Assembly: GCA_002633005.1 (NCBI GenBank)
Contig: NMRA01000404.1
Span: forward strand, 209,394-273,393
Length of the DNA stretch: 64,000 nt
Origin: Phoronis australis
Taxonomy: Eukaryota > Animalia > Phoronida
Reading direction: 5' to 3'
The notes below the pieces were generated by a model. That model was not told the DNA's origin and ran no database searches. It saw only the letters and a program-made list of their open reading frames with translations. Each line of letters opens with the position of its first letter. Position 1 is the stretch's first letter. Positions 33,072-47,900 of the stretch are shown here, in pieces. The position numbers and the translations under genes are program-made.

Positions 33072-34840
33072 CCGGTTCAAACATCATTTTCACATTTTGT
33101 GAATTACGGTCTCGTAGGTTTGTGTCATTGGGCGATCTGTATACTAGTATTTCACTCCAGATTCATAGGAAGCCAGGAGGGGGGGGGGGGGGGGGGGGGG
33201 GGNGGGGGGAGTGGCCCCCCACAGAAAATTTTCAGGCGCCTGGGTTATCCCATGGCAACCGACATAGGCATAGTGCCGGAGACAGGTGAGAATGAAAGAA
33301 AGACTGCGAAAAACGATTAAGAGAGAAAATTCAAGAGAACATTTAACAAATCTGCATTAGTGCATGGTTTACCTTTTGAGGACCCTGGCCATGACACTGT
33401 CGTTAGGGTCTTTTCTTTTACCGCACAGGTCGTCTAAACGCACACGTATATTTCGAAAAATCGAGAAAATTTGTAAAGCGAAGCTTTTGCGGAGCGTACT
33501 AATTTACTGGATGTTTAAATTCAGTAAGTCAATTTTGCGAATGCAAAACTATATTTTTCCAGAGGCCCTCCTCTGCCAAGGGATAACGGAGACAACTTTC
33601 GCTTTATTTTTTTTTCTCGAAACTGTATATCACTTGAGAAAAATTGATGACCTGACAGATAACATCATAGCATTTCCTGATATTTGAAAATATAGATATT
33701 TTCATTTTAGGAGCCCCGCCCTTGAAGGAGGCCATTGATGACATTCAAGTGGCCACCTTTTTATGTTTTTATTGACAAATTCTTAACGAATGGTGTAACA
33801 TAACATCTAAGTTTTTTCATCAGCCCTAGTAATTTATACGAATTCTTGTCGCTGACCAAAAAACGATCCTAAGAATAATGCTGTAAACGATGATCAGGCT
33901 GATATATGTGAACGATGATCAGTCTCGTCAGAATTGATATCAACCAAAATGGAGGTGCAAGATTTTTACACATCATTTTTTAGTCTAAGTTTAGAAAATA
34001 TGATTAAGACAGTGAAGAAGACGAACAGTACACAATGTTTATTTTGGTACGTACAAGTTCATTAAGATTGACGGTAAATATAAGGGACAAAACTAAGCGT
34101 TTGAACTAGCAAGGAGCAATGTATAATGCATACAGAAGTATGCAACAGTCAGGGCACGGACTTCTGTGTACATCCTGAGGGGCGTACATGTAGCTAGGAT
34201 GGAGGGAGATTTGTCTCGTGCGGAACCCTCTCCGGAGGGGAGGAGAGGGGAGGGAGAGGCGACACAACAATTCGTGATGATCGGCACTAAACATTGTAGC
34301 ATCAAAAATAATACATAGATTCATTCAAGTGAGTCAGGCAAACGCATTTTAATTAATAATCGACTGGTGCCACCTGCCGCCCCGTAGTGTGGTACCAGTG
34401 GGTTCCAGTTCACTCCCGGCCCTGCAGCCATTCTATTACTGCTCATGAATTTCTGTAATTACAACACGTTTCGTCTCTTATAGTTGCTAAACGTAAATTG
34501 AAACATTAGAACTTTCAACAAACCATGTGTAGTTAGTTGTTGCAACAAGAGGGGGTTACATATATTAAACTTGACAAATATCCGTGGCGTTGGCGCATTG
34601 AATTTTGGAATTAAATGCTGAATGACGTCAGTATAAACTTGTGTCTTAAAACGCTACGAAATATTGCCACAAGTCAAACTTTAATAATTCTTATGATTGC
34701 CTAAAGGTATTTCAATAAACACAGTAGGGCCTACACATTCATTGACTGGCCTTGGTGCATTACAAGTTCTAAGTTGTAAGACATATCAAATCCAAATAGA
34801 AAAAATATTCTATAAAGAGTTCGTCTCATCCACTTGTTAG

Positions 34841-34993
34841 CATGGGCGGCGCACCATAGGGGGCTGGGGGGCTATAGCAGCACCCCCACTTTTTTTTTCA
34901 GTGCTACGCCGCACATGGTCCATAGGTGGTGCACCACAGGGTGGCTGAGGGGGCGTTAGCTCCACCAATTTTTTCAGTGCTGCGCCGCCCATG
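34841..34993. mobile_element. MITE with 5-bp TSD (GTTAG)
   Basis: TIR CATGGGCGGCGCA/TGCGCCGCCCATG; GTTAG on both sides; internally dimeric. Confidence 0.85.
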
Positions 34994-35059
34994 GTTAGAC
35001 GAAGTACAGCCTCTAATTCCTATTTTTGGTTATACTAATTGTCGTAGCTCACAACACAA

Positions 35060-35275
35060 ATATAGACAATCTAAATCCGTGGTCATGACAATAATATAGA
35101 ATAGTGCACTAAATATATCGACTCTCTAAATCTATGGTCATGACCATCAATACAGAATAGCGGTACATAGGTAGACACTCTATATCCATGGTCATGACCA
35201 TCAATATAGAATAGCGTGCTACATATATAGAGTCATTCTAAATCCATGGCCATTACCATAATATAGAATAGCGCA
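35060..35275 (+). repeat. ~55-bp tandem repeat x4
   Basis: TCTAAATCCATGGTCATGACCATCAATATAGAATAG-like units. Confidence 0.85.
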
Positions 35276-37762
35276 CTAACCCCTGTATGTAAATCCGATA
35301 CTACCAAGTATTCACGAGGGAAGTTGAGATTCCAAATTCGTCAAAAAACAAAACATTCTTGTACAGCACAGCTATTCGACCCAAACAACCAAAAATTTTA
35401 AATAATACAGTAGGATTGCCGTCATCGAAAAGGTGGAATTTTGAAGAACGTGGAGACCACTACTTGTGAATTATACAAAAGGACTATTTCCGATGGTTAA
35501 TTATAAAATAATGTTACTGTTTCCCGTAGTATTACAAGTATTTCATTTGAAGATGGTTACTATGAATTGTTTGTAAGGAATTCCCACTTGTAGAAAACAC
35601 TGCTGTCTAGGCTACTATTTGTGATAATCGTGTACATGTCGAAAGGGGTACTCAAAGAACTCTCGCAATCATAAACAAAGATTTCAACGTTTTTTGTCAG
35701 TGGAGTTCAAATTTACATCGTGAAACGTTATAAGTACCTCTGAAAATACACCTTAATACGAATACCCCATCTCCAATATTCCCTCGGTTACCCGTCAAAA
35801 GTCTGCGAGCATGCATGCTGAAATTGCGCATAACACTCCTGTTTGGCGACGTCGAATAATTTTTGCCTTCCAACGGCCTGCATTAAGTCTGGAACTTGTG
35901 AATCATACGGTCCCAAAGTTGCATAGCTGCTTCCGTTCAAACTCAAAATTATCCACTGCAAAACACTGCTGGCGCCGCCTATATTTGATTTTGCAAACTG
36001 AGACTGAAGGTGCTGTGCGTGAACGAAATCGGAATCATGCTTAGACAATCAAGAATTGGGTGAACTTGAAATATAAGATGAAGCGTGGCCAGTTCACTCA
36101 AATAATCCCTAAAGAAAATTACATGTTAATAAAATAATAATTTTAACTAACCTGTTTTTGTCTTTTTCAATTATTGGTGATCTTATTCACCAAACAATAC
36201 CTCTTTTATTCTGTGACACAAGTTCCGGTACAGTCAAGAAAATGGGTGATTGTGTGATCAATAATTACAAAAAAAAAAATTACACAGAACAAGAAATTTC
36301 ACCTTTTTGTCTTAACAGTTGAGAGTAAGCAGGATTCCAAGTTCACACACATAACATACCTAACTGTCAAATAGAGTAATGAACCCGGCAGATTGGTATT
36401 GCATGTTCCAACCGGTGTATCGTGAGCTGTGCCTCAGACTGGACAATGCAAGAAGGGACTTCGTTAATAACGGTGTCGGAAACTGTTGAGGCACTCATGT
36501 GCTAATTGACATAAAACTGTTTTCTAATTCGATTGGTGATTAATGAACAAAATGTAATTAACTAATTAGTGTTGACGATAACAGTGGCACTTGGCGATAA
36601 CTTCGATGGGACCGAAGTTGACCGTCAGTGCACCGCAGCGTCGACGCTCCGCTGTTAAATCCACCCGTTTACTGCGAAATTATTAACTGATGCCGCTGCC
36701 TGGGCCAACTTCGACGGATCCAGATCGTGAACTCCGCAAAACATCGTTGTGTCGGCGTTAGAAAGAAAGGAAATTTAGGGTCACGTGGGCGCGGGGGCGG
36801 GTTTTTTACAAATTCCCTTATAGTGAAACATACGTAAGCCTACTAAGTTTAATTTAGCGATCCACTGGGGGAATTCAGTCGTGATGAAAGACGTCTGATG
36901 GAAAAGTTTTTTTTTGCGCCGGGTTAAATAGTTTTGTCATTTACGAAATGAAGCGGAAATAGTTTTTTGGAGGCGAAAACGTACCCTCAATCCAAACGAT
37001 TAGGTGTACTATACAAAACTTCGTTCAGTGCTATTATCTGACCCATCAGATACCCCGGCAGTCTCACGCCGGGGAGTGAGAATTGACCAGGCCGGTTAGT
37101 TGCGTTCCCAAGCACATAGACGCAAGAGTTGGCGAGTTTGTGTGTCTACTACGTACGTGCTTTACGAGTAATGCTGGCGTCAGTGGCGATATCTCGCGAA
37201 GACTGATTGGGGTGCTCTTGAAGTTCTTCTCGAGTGTTGAGCCCGGCCGAGCCGGACGCACGCCAAACCAATTGTCACGATAAAACCATGCTGGTTGCCC
37301 AAAAATAGACTTACTGAGAGTCGGGCACATCTGGACACTAGACCATACCGCCAGGGTAAATGTCCGCGCAACGGCAAAAACATCCCGACGGTGGTTTTTA
37401 GTTACGTCTTTGAAGCGGAACGAGGAGAAATAGGGGTTTGGAAATGGCGTGTAAAAAGTACTCAAAAATATACGAACACGTAAATTTCTGTCACGTGTGG
37501 GCAAACACCGGAGACATCGTGATCCTTCTGTTGCGAAAAAGTTAACTTACAATTGAATTAAAACTAATGAGTTCCAGTTTCATTTATGTGTAATTTCAGG
37601 TTATCTCTTCCTGGTGCACATACACGTGCTTGTTTGCCAGCAACTGCAGTACAAGATGCGTACAGGCCTAAGACTAAGACTATACTTATGGCGCCGTGAA
37701 CTTGATACCGGTGCTGGAATGCCGTGCGCAGTTACCGACAGATAAGAAAGTAAAATGGTAAA

Positions 37763-38063
37763 CATAGGCGGATTTGGGGGGAGGGGGGGGGGGGGGGGGC
37801 TGCCGCAAGCAAAATGAAACAGCAACAGGGTGAAGCGTGAGGAACTATTGAGTTCAGAGTTCAGTAAGTAGGTTGGTTCAGGGGGGAGGGGGGCTCAGAC
37901 ATCAGGTCGCAGGGGAATCGTATTTCCGTTTTTATATTTATTTTCTATTTTTTTTTTAGTCCGCAGATAGAATTTGTAAACAGAAGGTCCACACCCACGA
38001 AACTTTCCCTGAGGCAACATGTTGCCCCCCCCCCCCTTCGATGGCATCCTAGATCTGCCACTG
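37763..38063. mobile_element. MITE with 5-bp TSD (GTAAA)
   Basis: CATAGGCGGATTT ... AGATCTGCCACTG; GTAAA on both sides. Confidence 0.8.
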
Positions 38064-38911
38064 GTAAAAATAAAACGACGAGCGTCGGTAGTAAAATATT
38101 CCCCACGTTTCGAGCGGTACGGCTTTCTTATCCAAGGGCATGACACAGGCTGCCGGTTTTATATGAGTTCAGATTTTAATAAAAGAAAAAAATTGCAGAG
38201 TATTAAAGAAAACCACATTTTAACAAAGTAATGACAGTAAAATTTAATCAATCTTTACTGTTTTTACAACTATTGATGATCGTATGCACCAATAGTAGCC
38301 TAATTGATTTACCCATTCCAGTGACTCAGGTACTTGTTACCGGAAAAGAGAAAAAGTCATCGTGGGGGCAATAAATAAAAGAAATTACAACGAACAAAAA
38401 TCCCAGTTAATTCAATGAATGTTTAATTCTTAGTTCACGCATACGCGACACTGAGATTAAGCGGAATTATAAGTTCACGCACAGACGGTAGCCATGCCCC
38501 CAACTTGTTCCACGGCAGCAACCCCGGTCACTCACCTACTACACAAGCGCCACCTATTTGTTACCTGTTGGGCGGATACCTTTAGACCAATCACTGAAGT
38601 TTGGACGTAACCGAAAGGATGTATATTTTCAAATTCCCATTAGCGTGCTTCGTCATAATGCACTTTACAATCTTTTTAATGTCATTGTAAAACATTTCAA
38701 TAAAGTCTTTTCTCCTTCACAGTCCACGAATAATCGGAAAGAGAAATTATTTGCCAATAAAAGTTAATGGATATCGAACTCCTCCTTTCGAAATACGTCA
38801 TTTCCTCTTGGCCGACATTGTTGATTACTTCAGTTCATTCACGGTTCATCTTTGCTATTGTCCAGTCTTCGTAACACCGTAAACTGGGACTTAACAAGTA
38901 CATATACTACA

Positions 38912-41900
38912 ATGCCTCTCTTCAGTAAGAAGAAAAAAGAACCGCAAGCGAGTTCCCAACCAAATCCTGTCGCAGAACAACCTGCGGTTCCCCAGTTTCA
39001 GCCTCAGGAGAACTCGCGACCCGCTCAGCAGAATGATGCGAATCAGTCTCGGGCTAACGGATCGGCTGGTGGAGACGGCGCTGAGAAGCCTGACTATCGA
39101 CACAAGAGGCCGGAGATCAGCTTCCATTGTCAAAAGGCGGAAGGTAGCCCAACGGGTATCATTAAAGGCTTTACAAACGTGAGGGAGTTGTATGAGAAAA
39201 TCGCAGAATGTTACGAAGTACCGGTATCGGACGTAAGTACATTACTCACCAGTCCCTGTTTCATTCATGTTTTTCTTGTTGCGTGTCACTGTGACAGAAG
39301 GAAATTGATGATTAGGTGTAGGGTATAGTTTAGTTGGTCCACCAACTCTGCTTGGGGTAAGGATTGTTGACCCTCCTGTGTATGTTGCCATACCGATAAT
39401 AGGGCCATCAGTGCTCCAATTTTGGGGTCAAATAATGAAAAATATTTAAAAATCTTTCGAAATTCCCCTCATCAAGCCCAAAAATAACCATCCTATCTCC
39501 AATGATTAAAAATTATCCTCCGTTAGAATCACATTCTGCAAAATGCTAGTTGCCAATGAGGGGTGGCAACCGGGATTTGTAATTGGTATATAGTGATGGG
39601 GGGGGGGGGAGGGGAGATTTCCTTCTCATAATGCCAAACAACAGTGGCAGATCTATGATCTTTTGGAAGGGAGCCATGTCATTTCTCATGTGCTTGCCGC
39701 TGCAAACAGACTCGACAACATACTTATTTATGAGCTCTGCGACCGTTTGTGCTATGGAAATGCTTGTGTGGTTGCCGTTATGTCGACCTAAATCAGTGTT
39801 GCTCATCTCACAATAATGAAAGATAAGCTCTAAAGTTTCAGTGTCTCATCTATGTGTCTCTCAGTGTCTCACCTATGTGTCTCTCAGTGTCTCACCTATG
39901 TGTCTCTCAGTGTCTCACCTATGTGTCTCTCAGTGTCTCATCTATGTGTCTCTCAGTGTCTCATCTATGTGTCTCTCAGTGTCCCATCTATTGACACTAA
40001 ATTCATCTAGTTAGAATGATCCTTATTGGTGAGATTAATCAAGCTACATTGGATAAACACACAACTTTATTCAAGCTTGTGAAATATTATTGAAGCTTGT
40101 ATAATATTATTCAAGGTTGTACAACTTTACTTAAGCTTGGCCCATATTATTTTAGCCTGTACAATATTATCGAAGCCTGTGCAATATTATTCAAGCTTGT
40201 ACAATATTATTCAAGCTTGTACAATATTATTCAAGCTTGTACAATATTATTCAAGCTTGGGCAATATTGTTCAATCCTCTACAATTTTATTCAAGTTCAT
40301 TCAATATTATTCCATACCATGTTATTCTAGCCTGTACAGTATTATTTGAGCTTGGCCAATATTTTCCAATTTCTTTAAGCTTGCCTTATTCAACGTTCCT
40401 CACTCAGCTTGGAATGTTGCTCACTCCATGGTAAACATTCGTATGTGTTGGTGCACTTGATGTTCCGCATGAGCAACGTTGTGCGAATAGAATTTGGAAT
40501 AGTTTATTCCGATAACTAGTCTGCAAGAAATGAGTCTTTTTTGGTGATGAACGTTTACTTTAAGAAAGTGAACTTGTATTATGTTACCAGGCAACAATCC
40601 TTTTTCATGCTTGAACAAGAATGGTTGCCATGGAGACAAGGTTTTCAAGCTTGGAGTTCAGTGTTGAAAACAGTAAGGGGCCCAACAAGCTGTTTGAAAG
40701 TCTTTTTGACAAGGCTGGCTTACCTTACTTATCAGTTATCTTATTCAAGTTAGCCAAACTATTGTTAGAAATGGAGCATGGAATATGTGATGTACATTGT
40801 GCTATTTACATTGAGCTACAGTAGGTTGATCAAGTGTAGATAAAGAGCAAGACTGAAATGTACAAAAATTGCAACTTTTAAATTGAGACTTCAGAAGACT
40901 TAAAAAGTGGAGTAATGTTCATCTTTATGTACTGGTAAGTACTCAAGTTCTGCTCAAGTCTTCACTAATGGTAGTTGCAGGAAGGTGTCAGGAGTCTGTT
41001 GTGTGGACTGGTTCTAGGCAATTTGATTTCAAAATAACAGTTATAGAATATAGTAGAATGGTTTATGTTACTCAGGGCTACAAAGGAAGAAATGTTATCA
41101 AAGATAGGTTTTGAATTAACAGAAATATGTGCAAGGAAAGCAGAAGGGAAAGTTGTAGCTAAAACTGTTTTGAGAGGTTTTGGTAGTTTTAAGAAGTTCT
41201 TAATTACCAAAGTATTTGAGAGTACGTATGATAGCTTTCCTGGTGTTCTATTATTGTTTGTCTGTTTAGCTCCTTTGACTGATCATAAGGAGTGAAATCT
41301 AAATGAGGAAGTAAACTGCACCCAGTGTGGAACACCACATGTTCATTTTCACCTTTAGTTGAATCAATCATGCTAGTATCCCTTTTGAAGTGGGACCTGA
41401 AGCCTTGAATAGCAGTCAGTAGTGTGTATTTTGTACCCGGACACAAAAAGTTAAGTTTTGTTTGCTTTTCACAGCCTTTAAATGATAAAACAACTGCCCT
41501 TGCCTAAAACTTCCCGCTTATTATCTTCAGCTCTTGATGTTGACAATTGAATTTGATATTGTTCCTACCCCATAACTGTATAAGTATTCACTGGTACAAA
41601 GAAACGTGTTCTTGATATCAGTTGATAGCTTATAACAAATAGGATTGGCCTCAATTAGCCACAAGAGTCTTTGTCGGGCATTGTTCTGTCTTATCTCTTG
41701 ATTTTTTTAAACCATTACCTCAGTTTGAGGACTATTTACCATCTGAAAGCATTTGTTTTATGCCCACTTGATATCAAATTACTTATGGCTGGAAATGTAA
41801 ATTTAACATTATCTCCAACCTTATTCACAAAAATTGGCCATTTTTACAATATTTCACTTGTGTATAGCAAAATATCTTCATTCTTGGGGAAATTCAAATA

Positions 41901-44900
41901 CAAAATATATACCACGTAGCGAGAAAAAAAAGATTTAGCAGAACCACCTTGGAACCGCACAGCTGCGTGGATATTTGTTTACTACTTATCCGAGGTCAAA
42001 GGTTAAAGGGCTTTCAATTAAATCAAATCTCCCGTCGGGTACAGAACAGTTTCGTATACCCTCAGTCCTTTCATTCACAAAGTCGGAATAACATTGAGCC
42101 AAGGAGGTGTACTTATGATGGAATGGTGCCGGGGAAAACAAAGACAAAATGTAGTTTTGATCCTAAGGGAGTTGTGCATCTGCATGCATTCGAACGTTGA
42201 CGTTGAAAACCAATGCTACGAGTCGCCTCAGGCCGCTGTGGTCATGAACACAGAAAGTTGTGAAAAGAGATAAATCCTCACCATAATTCGTTAATTCAAT
42301 TAATAAGTTGACATTTTGATGTTTCGATCTCATGCTAACGACATACTTTAACCACCGATTCGATATTTGTAATCCATTTCTTACTTGGTTTCGTATCAGT
42401 CTCCCAGCACGTGACGTGTACGGGCTATGAACTGTGACCTACTTAGGACTTAGGTCGTAAACAACAGTAAAAGTTGGCTGAGAACAATACATCTATTTGA
42501 GGTTTTAATGATAATTAAATTAGTTACGCACTGCAAAATCAGTTGACATCGCGAGTGAATGTTGAAATAGCTCACATAGTTAAGGTTTTCATAGGTTATG
42601 TGTACCAAAAACAAGTTTTCACCGTATAATTAACCGTAGACTTTGAGATTTTCACTTGTCCCAGTTTAATCGGCTTTTTCTCGGCTTCGGCAAATCAACT
42701 TTATTTGAACTTAAGAACACTAGTTCTCGAAAACGGCTACATGGATTTCGCTGAAACTTTACAAACTTAATATTTAGTCATCAATCTCAAACATACTGCA
42801 AGGATTTTTGATATAAAGGCCTAGTTTTGACGTAATGTGACAAAGACTAATACGACTTCAATTATACCTTACATGTTGCGAGTTGATTTGTCATAGAAAG
42901 CAAACGAACAGAGGTAACTGGTGAAGTTTTCATTTAAATAATCATTAAAATCGACTGAGAGGTTATTTTGCTATGAATGTACCTTTCTTAAAGATGAAAT
43001 TTTGACTTAAAAAAGTTTTTTACATTAAAATAATAATGGCACATAAGTATGAAAAGTACATTTATATTTTCTGGTCTTTGTTCTTGCAGAAAACGTATAC
43101 TTTTACTAGTTGATAAAGCTGTTTTTGATATGCGAGTTATAATGGAGGACACTAAATAAGGTTGAAGATAACCTTAACTACAACTTGGCAGACTTGATGT
43201 TGAATTGGGTTGAGTAAATAATGCGTGCTGTTTTTACAGGGTCTTATTTCTAAAAGTTTCTGTTGGGGTCAGATTTCTTTAAAACCCGATGTACTCAGTG
43301 AACTTTGAAATTTGACGTACTCAATGAACTTTGGTTTTCTGGAGTGTATGTGGTAAAAATATGTTGTAGTAACTTGGGTATCATTTGAACATAAAGTGTT
43401 ATTTTTATGCACACTAAGTCACATGGGAATCTCCTAGACTTTGTACTCTGAACACGGAAGCCATTCTTACAAGTACACACAGACACTCTTACTTGATAAC
43501 TGCTCAGTGTATGCAATAGTCATAATGTACCCACATTTTAAGAACCAGCTTGGTACCCGTTATTCAGGGGAGAAAACTGGTTCTCAAAATGCAGACATGG
43601 CATGTCTGACTATTGCCAGTAATGTAAAAATTATGTAAAAATACAGCATAAAACTAATTGATCATATGAAACTAATGCTAAAATATACAAGATAATAACT
43701 GTAATTCAAACTAAATATAAATATGAAGTAAGACTTGGTCTAGCCAAGGACTGTAGTACACTAGCTCCTTGGTCTAACTCAAACAGTATCTATAAAGTGT
43801 AACTACGTAGTACATAAAAACATTGAAAAGTGACTTGTCGGTATTCCAAAATGTTCGAATCGCAGAAGAAACCTAAGGTCAGATTTCTTCGTGACCTCTT
43901 TTCTGTTTTCAGGGATTAATTAGCAATGTCCCTGAATGGTCCATCTTCATTATGGGACACATAAGTAACCCTTGATCAGGTAATATACAAATTCCATATC
44001 CAAGTCACGTGTAGAAGCAATTTGGTCAAGTCAAAATTGCCATGACTTGAAAATTTATGCTTGCAACAACAAATCTTGTTACAAAAGTAATCAACTCCAT
44101 TTGGTTATGAAGTGTTTGCACTGAAATCTTTATTACAGGTTGCATTACAGTCTTGGAATGAGGTGTTCAGGCGACCCATATAATTCTAAGTACTGGTATA
44201 TACATAGACGTGTGAAAAAGGTTATAGAAATTATGCACCATCTAAAATACATGCAATAGTGTAAAATTAGGCATTCTGGCTATTCCTTCCGATAACAGAA
44301 AATCTTAGTGTAAAACGTTTCTGTACAATTGTGGTTTAAAAGTAGACAGAAGTTCACTTTATTGAATACTCTGTTGCACTCTGTCTCCTCTGCCCTACAT
44401 CTGTATGTAGTGTTATTATCTCTTCTGTTTGCTTGAGACATTGATTAGTGATTGTTTCGCCGTTCACTTTCATTGATTTTCTGTTGTCTAGATCTGGCCG
44501 CAGCTATATGCTCTCCAGTCTTCATACATACACTCATTAAACTGTGACTGTGTGTATCAAGCGTTTACCCGTGTTTCAATTGCCGGACATCATCTCGACA
44601 CCTGTTTTCCTTCGAAGTAATTAGTTAGCTTTGCAGTAACGTTGCTTGCGCCCTGTTTTTCACTCGAGCTTCTTCATAAAGTGATCAATGTCTGCGTATT
44701 TTCACGTTATTCATCTTGTTACAATTTTGTGTACATAGATGTAGTTTGACAATATAACAACTGTTTATTTACACTATAGAATTACGCTTGATCAACTTAC
44801 TACATTACGCAGTTATTATCCACTCAGCAGTTATCAGTGGTGGATGCAGTATGTGGTAGGGGGGTCCAGACACAATTTGCAAAGGGAAGTGTCCGCTACA

Positions 44901-47900
44901 CCCTTAAGACAGTATGGTGATGCCGTTTTTTTAGTCATGGCCATGGTGAGAGGCCCTGGTCTGCCAGACCCCCTGAATATGGCTATGGTTATTGTTCACA
45001 GTGTGCAGATAATTAGAAAGGGCCAGCAATGATTATCTAAGCAGATAAGGACACTGAATTTCATTACAGCCTGCATGGTTATGTAATGGGTGTGCCCTTT
45101 GATACTATGACTTCCTTCTAACCAAACCAACAAAGTAGAATGATATTGTCTCTAATCCCAGTCACTTTTTACGTAAATTGCTATACAACCATCTGTCATT
45201 GTTTGTTGTTTAGTAAAAATGTAGTTATTGGTTGCAGTAAAAGTGCAGTTGGGTGATTTTTGTGTAGAATGAGAACATGACATTAATTGGCAGATTCAGA
45301 ATGCGAGTGACTGACTTTATATAGCATGTGGAGTATATTTCAGAACAAGGCAGTGTTCATGGCTTTAATAGATGTAAAGTATGGACCTGGTACTATAGTT
45401 GTTCTCTTCAGTTCGATGAAAACGTGCACTTAAAAGTATGGCCAAATGTTCATGAAATTATTTATTATTTCCAATGTATCGCTTCAGGCCCCATGTCGTA
45501 TTGGTTTTGCTATTTTGTATGCTGTATTCAAAATTGTATATCTAGGCACTCACGCTCTCTCCAATCGAAGTTAAGAAATTTTAAGGATCGACTTACCATT
45601 TCCATCAAACTCACACCTGACAATATAACGTGTGGTCTGAGCCTTTTCATGGCATAAATGGATCATTAGGACAACAGAAAAATAAAGGAAGTCTATTTGC
45701 TGTGCGGCACAGGGTACTGCCCTGTCCAGTTTTGACAGCGTTTGTCAATGCTACCAAAACTGGACTCCTTCATATCTGTGTACCCCCAGGTCTATGAGCT
45801 CTCGTGTGTTTGATGGTAAAAGCCATGGCTATCGTTATAGCATCCATTTTGAAACTGGTTTATTGTTGCTACCTACAGGTTTTTTATTTTCAGCTGTGTA
45901 CGGAAAAAATAACCTTTTAACAATCATGCTGGTATGTAGATAAACACCCAACTTGATATTGATTTGTTAATTTCATTTTTGTTACAGATTCTTTTCTGCA
46001 CCCTCAACACCCACAAGATCGATATGTCAAGGTTACTAGGAGGTCAGATCGGTTTAGATGATTTCATATTTGCACACATGCGTGGTCGTCCCAAAGAGCT
46101 AGACATTGAGAAGTCGGAGGATGCTCTCGGACTTACAATCACCGACAATGGAAATGGGTTCGCTTTTATAAAGAGAATCAAGGAAGGGAGTATAATGGAT
46201 AGACAGGAGTATGTCTGTGTCGGAGATCATATTGAGAAAATAAACGATAACAGTTTTGTTGGTTGCCGCCATTTTGAGGTGGCCAAAGCTCTGAAGGAGA
46301 TCCCCAAAGGGTCAACATTCACCTTTAGGATAGTAGAGCCTGTCAAGTCTGGATTTGGTGAGTTTGCTGGTCAATAAATACTACTGACCCTAGGGGCAGA
46401 TGTTGGCTTAAGGGGCGTGGGCCCCCCGCATAGCGCCACTACATAAAGGGAAGGACTATACTGTTTGTAGGCTATTGATAACTTCATTCTTTGAAAGTTG
46501 TAGTTGACCCCACTCCACCATTGGACACTTAAATTGTTGATTTATTGATTGATTGATTAGTTAATTGCCTTCATTTCATTTCATTTAGGCAACGTAAATC
46601 TACAGTACAGAAAATGTAAACATCTGTCCAGCGACTTACAGAAAATTTGATACAAATATTAAAACTAAGTGGCATAGTGGGATTCCTTCGCCATGACTGA
46701 CTGTGTTTTATTGCATTTCTAATTTTCTGACAAATTTTTTAAAACAAATATTTTGTTAAGAAAACTGAGAGCTCCTGACCACGATAAATGTAAATTTCAC
46801 CTGGTGGCCATCTGAGGAGTGATAGTTATGTATGAGAAAGGTTAGAATGATGAAATATTACAGGTGATCTTGATGAAGGATATACGATTATCTGGGTAAC
46901 CTTTGTCAATAAAAGAGGATATTTGACAAATGTTATACATCCAGTTTATAAAATGTCCTACTGCGATTCCAAACTGTAGGCTGCATGGATACTGTAACAT
47001 GTCTCTTGTTTGAGTGTGTGGACGGTAGCATCAGCCATCAGTTTGGTGTGACAGTGCTATGTTGAGGTGTGAAAATCATGAGATTAAACACTGTCCTTTT
47101 GAAAAACAAGATCGACAAACCGCAATTTACATATAACACAAACCAAATGATAATTTAGAAAACTATTTACAGTGTTTTTGAGATGTTATCTTGAATAATT
47201 ACATCAAACAAAATTTACCTATGTTGATACCGTTGTTTTCTTCCTATGAGTGTTCAGAATTTTAGTACAAACACGTGGTCATGTGATCCAGTTAATGGAA
47301 GATAGTTTAAAGTTTGTAAGTGAAATTTTACTGTCTTTCAGCTTTCAGATTTATGTTGGCTAAATACAGACTTGTCTATGGGGCCCTCCGTAGCCTTAGC
47401 TAATGTATGAAAAGCTGAATTGGTTTGTCTTGAAAAATGGAAATTTAGAGTCGTTATATTAATTTCCCGGAACATGCTGCTGATAAGTTGGTAGATTAAT
47501 TGCAGCCTGGTTTTAGCACAGAGTCCCTGTGTGTTCTTTCATGTGAAACTTTTTCATATTAAAAGTGTAAAATGTGTCTGCTTAGTGTTGATTACCGATT
47601 GATTGTTTTTCAGCAAACATTGGTCCATCTGCGGGCGGAGGTGGCAAGAAGACTGGTAGTTATGGGTCTGGCAAGGAAACACTGCGTCTGCGTTCCAAGG
47701 GACCTGCAACTGTTGAAGTGGTGAGTCATGTGGGCCAAGATGGAAATGAATAGTAATTAAAGCCATGTGCACTTTGATAGATGGTTCAACTCCAGCTGGG
47801 TACAGTCTGTTTGTTGGGTTTAGTGTCTGTTTGAAATTCAGTAGTTCAAATTTAAGGAAGCATTGTTAGTCTCAATGTTGTGGTATTTAACATGCGCGTA

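Larger units (their letters stand above)
34150..37725 (-). pseudogene. Possible decayed multi-exon gene for a secreted protein (identity unknown)
   Basis: Exon-like blocks with splice-like ends (~37725-37638 signal-peptide-like, starting ACG; ~37407-37067; ~36500-36360; ~36108-35791; ~35739-35560; 34452-34374; 34174-34150), interrupted by in-frame stops and apparent frameshifts. Confidence 0.3.

Noticed and set aside
35788-36108. Several in-frame TGA codons suggesting a selenoprotein
   Set aside because: TAG stops and frameshifts also occur, and I saw no redox motif or recognisable SECIS; decay is the simpler explanation.
40965-41446. Cluster of 76-81-aa ORFs in GIPC intron 1
   Set aside because: No recognisable motifs; lengths are compatible with chance.
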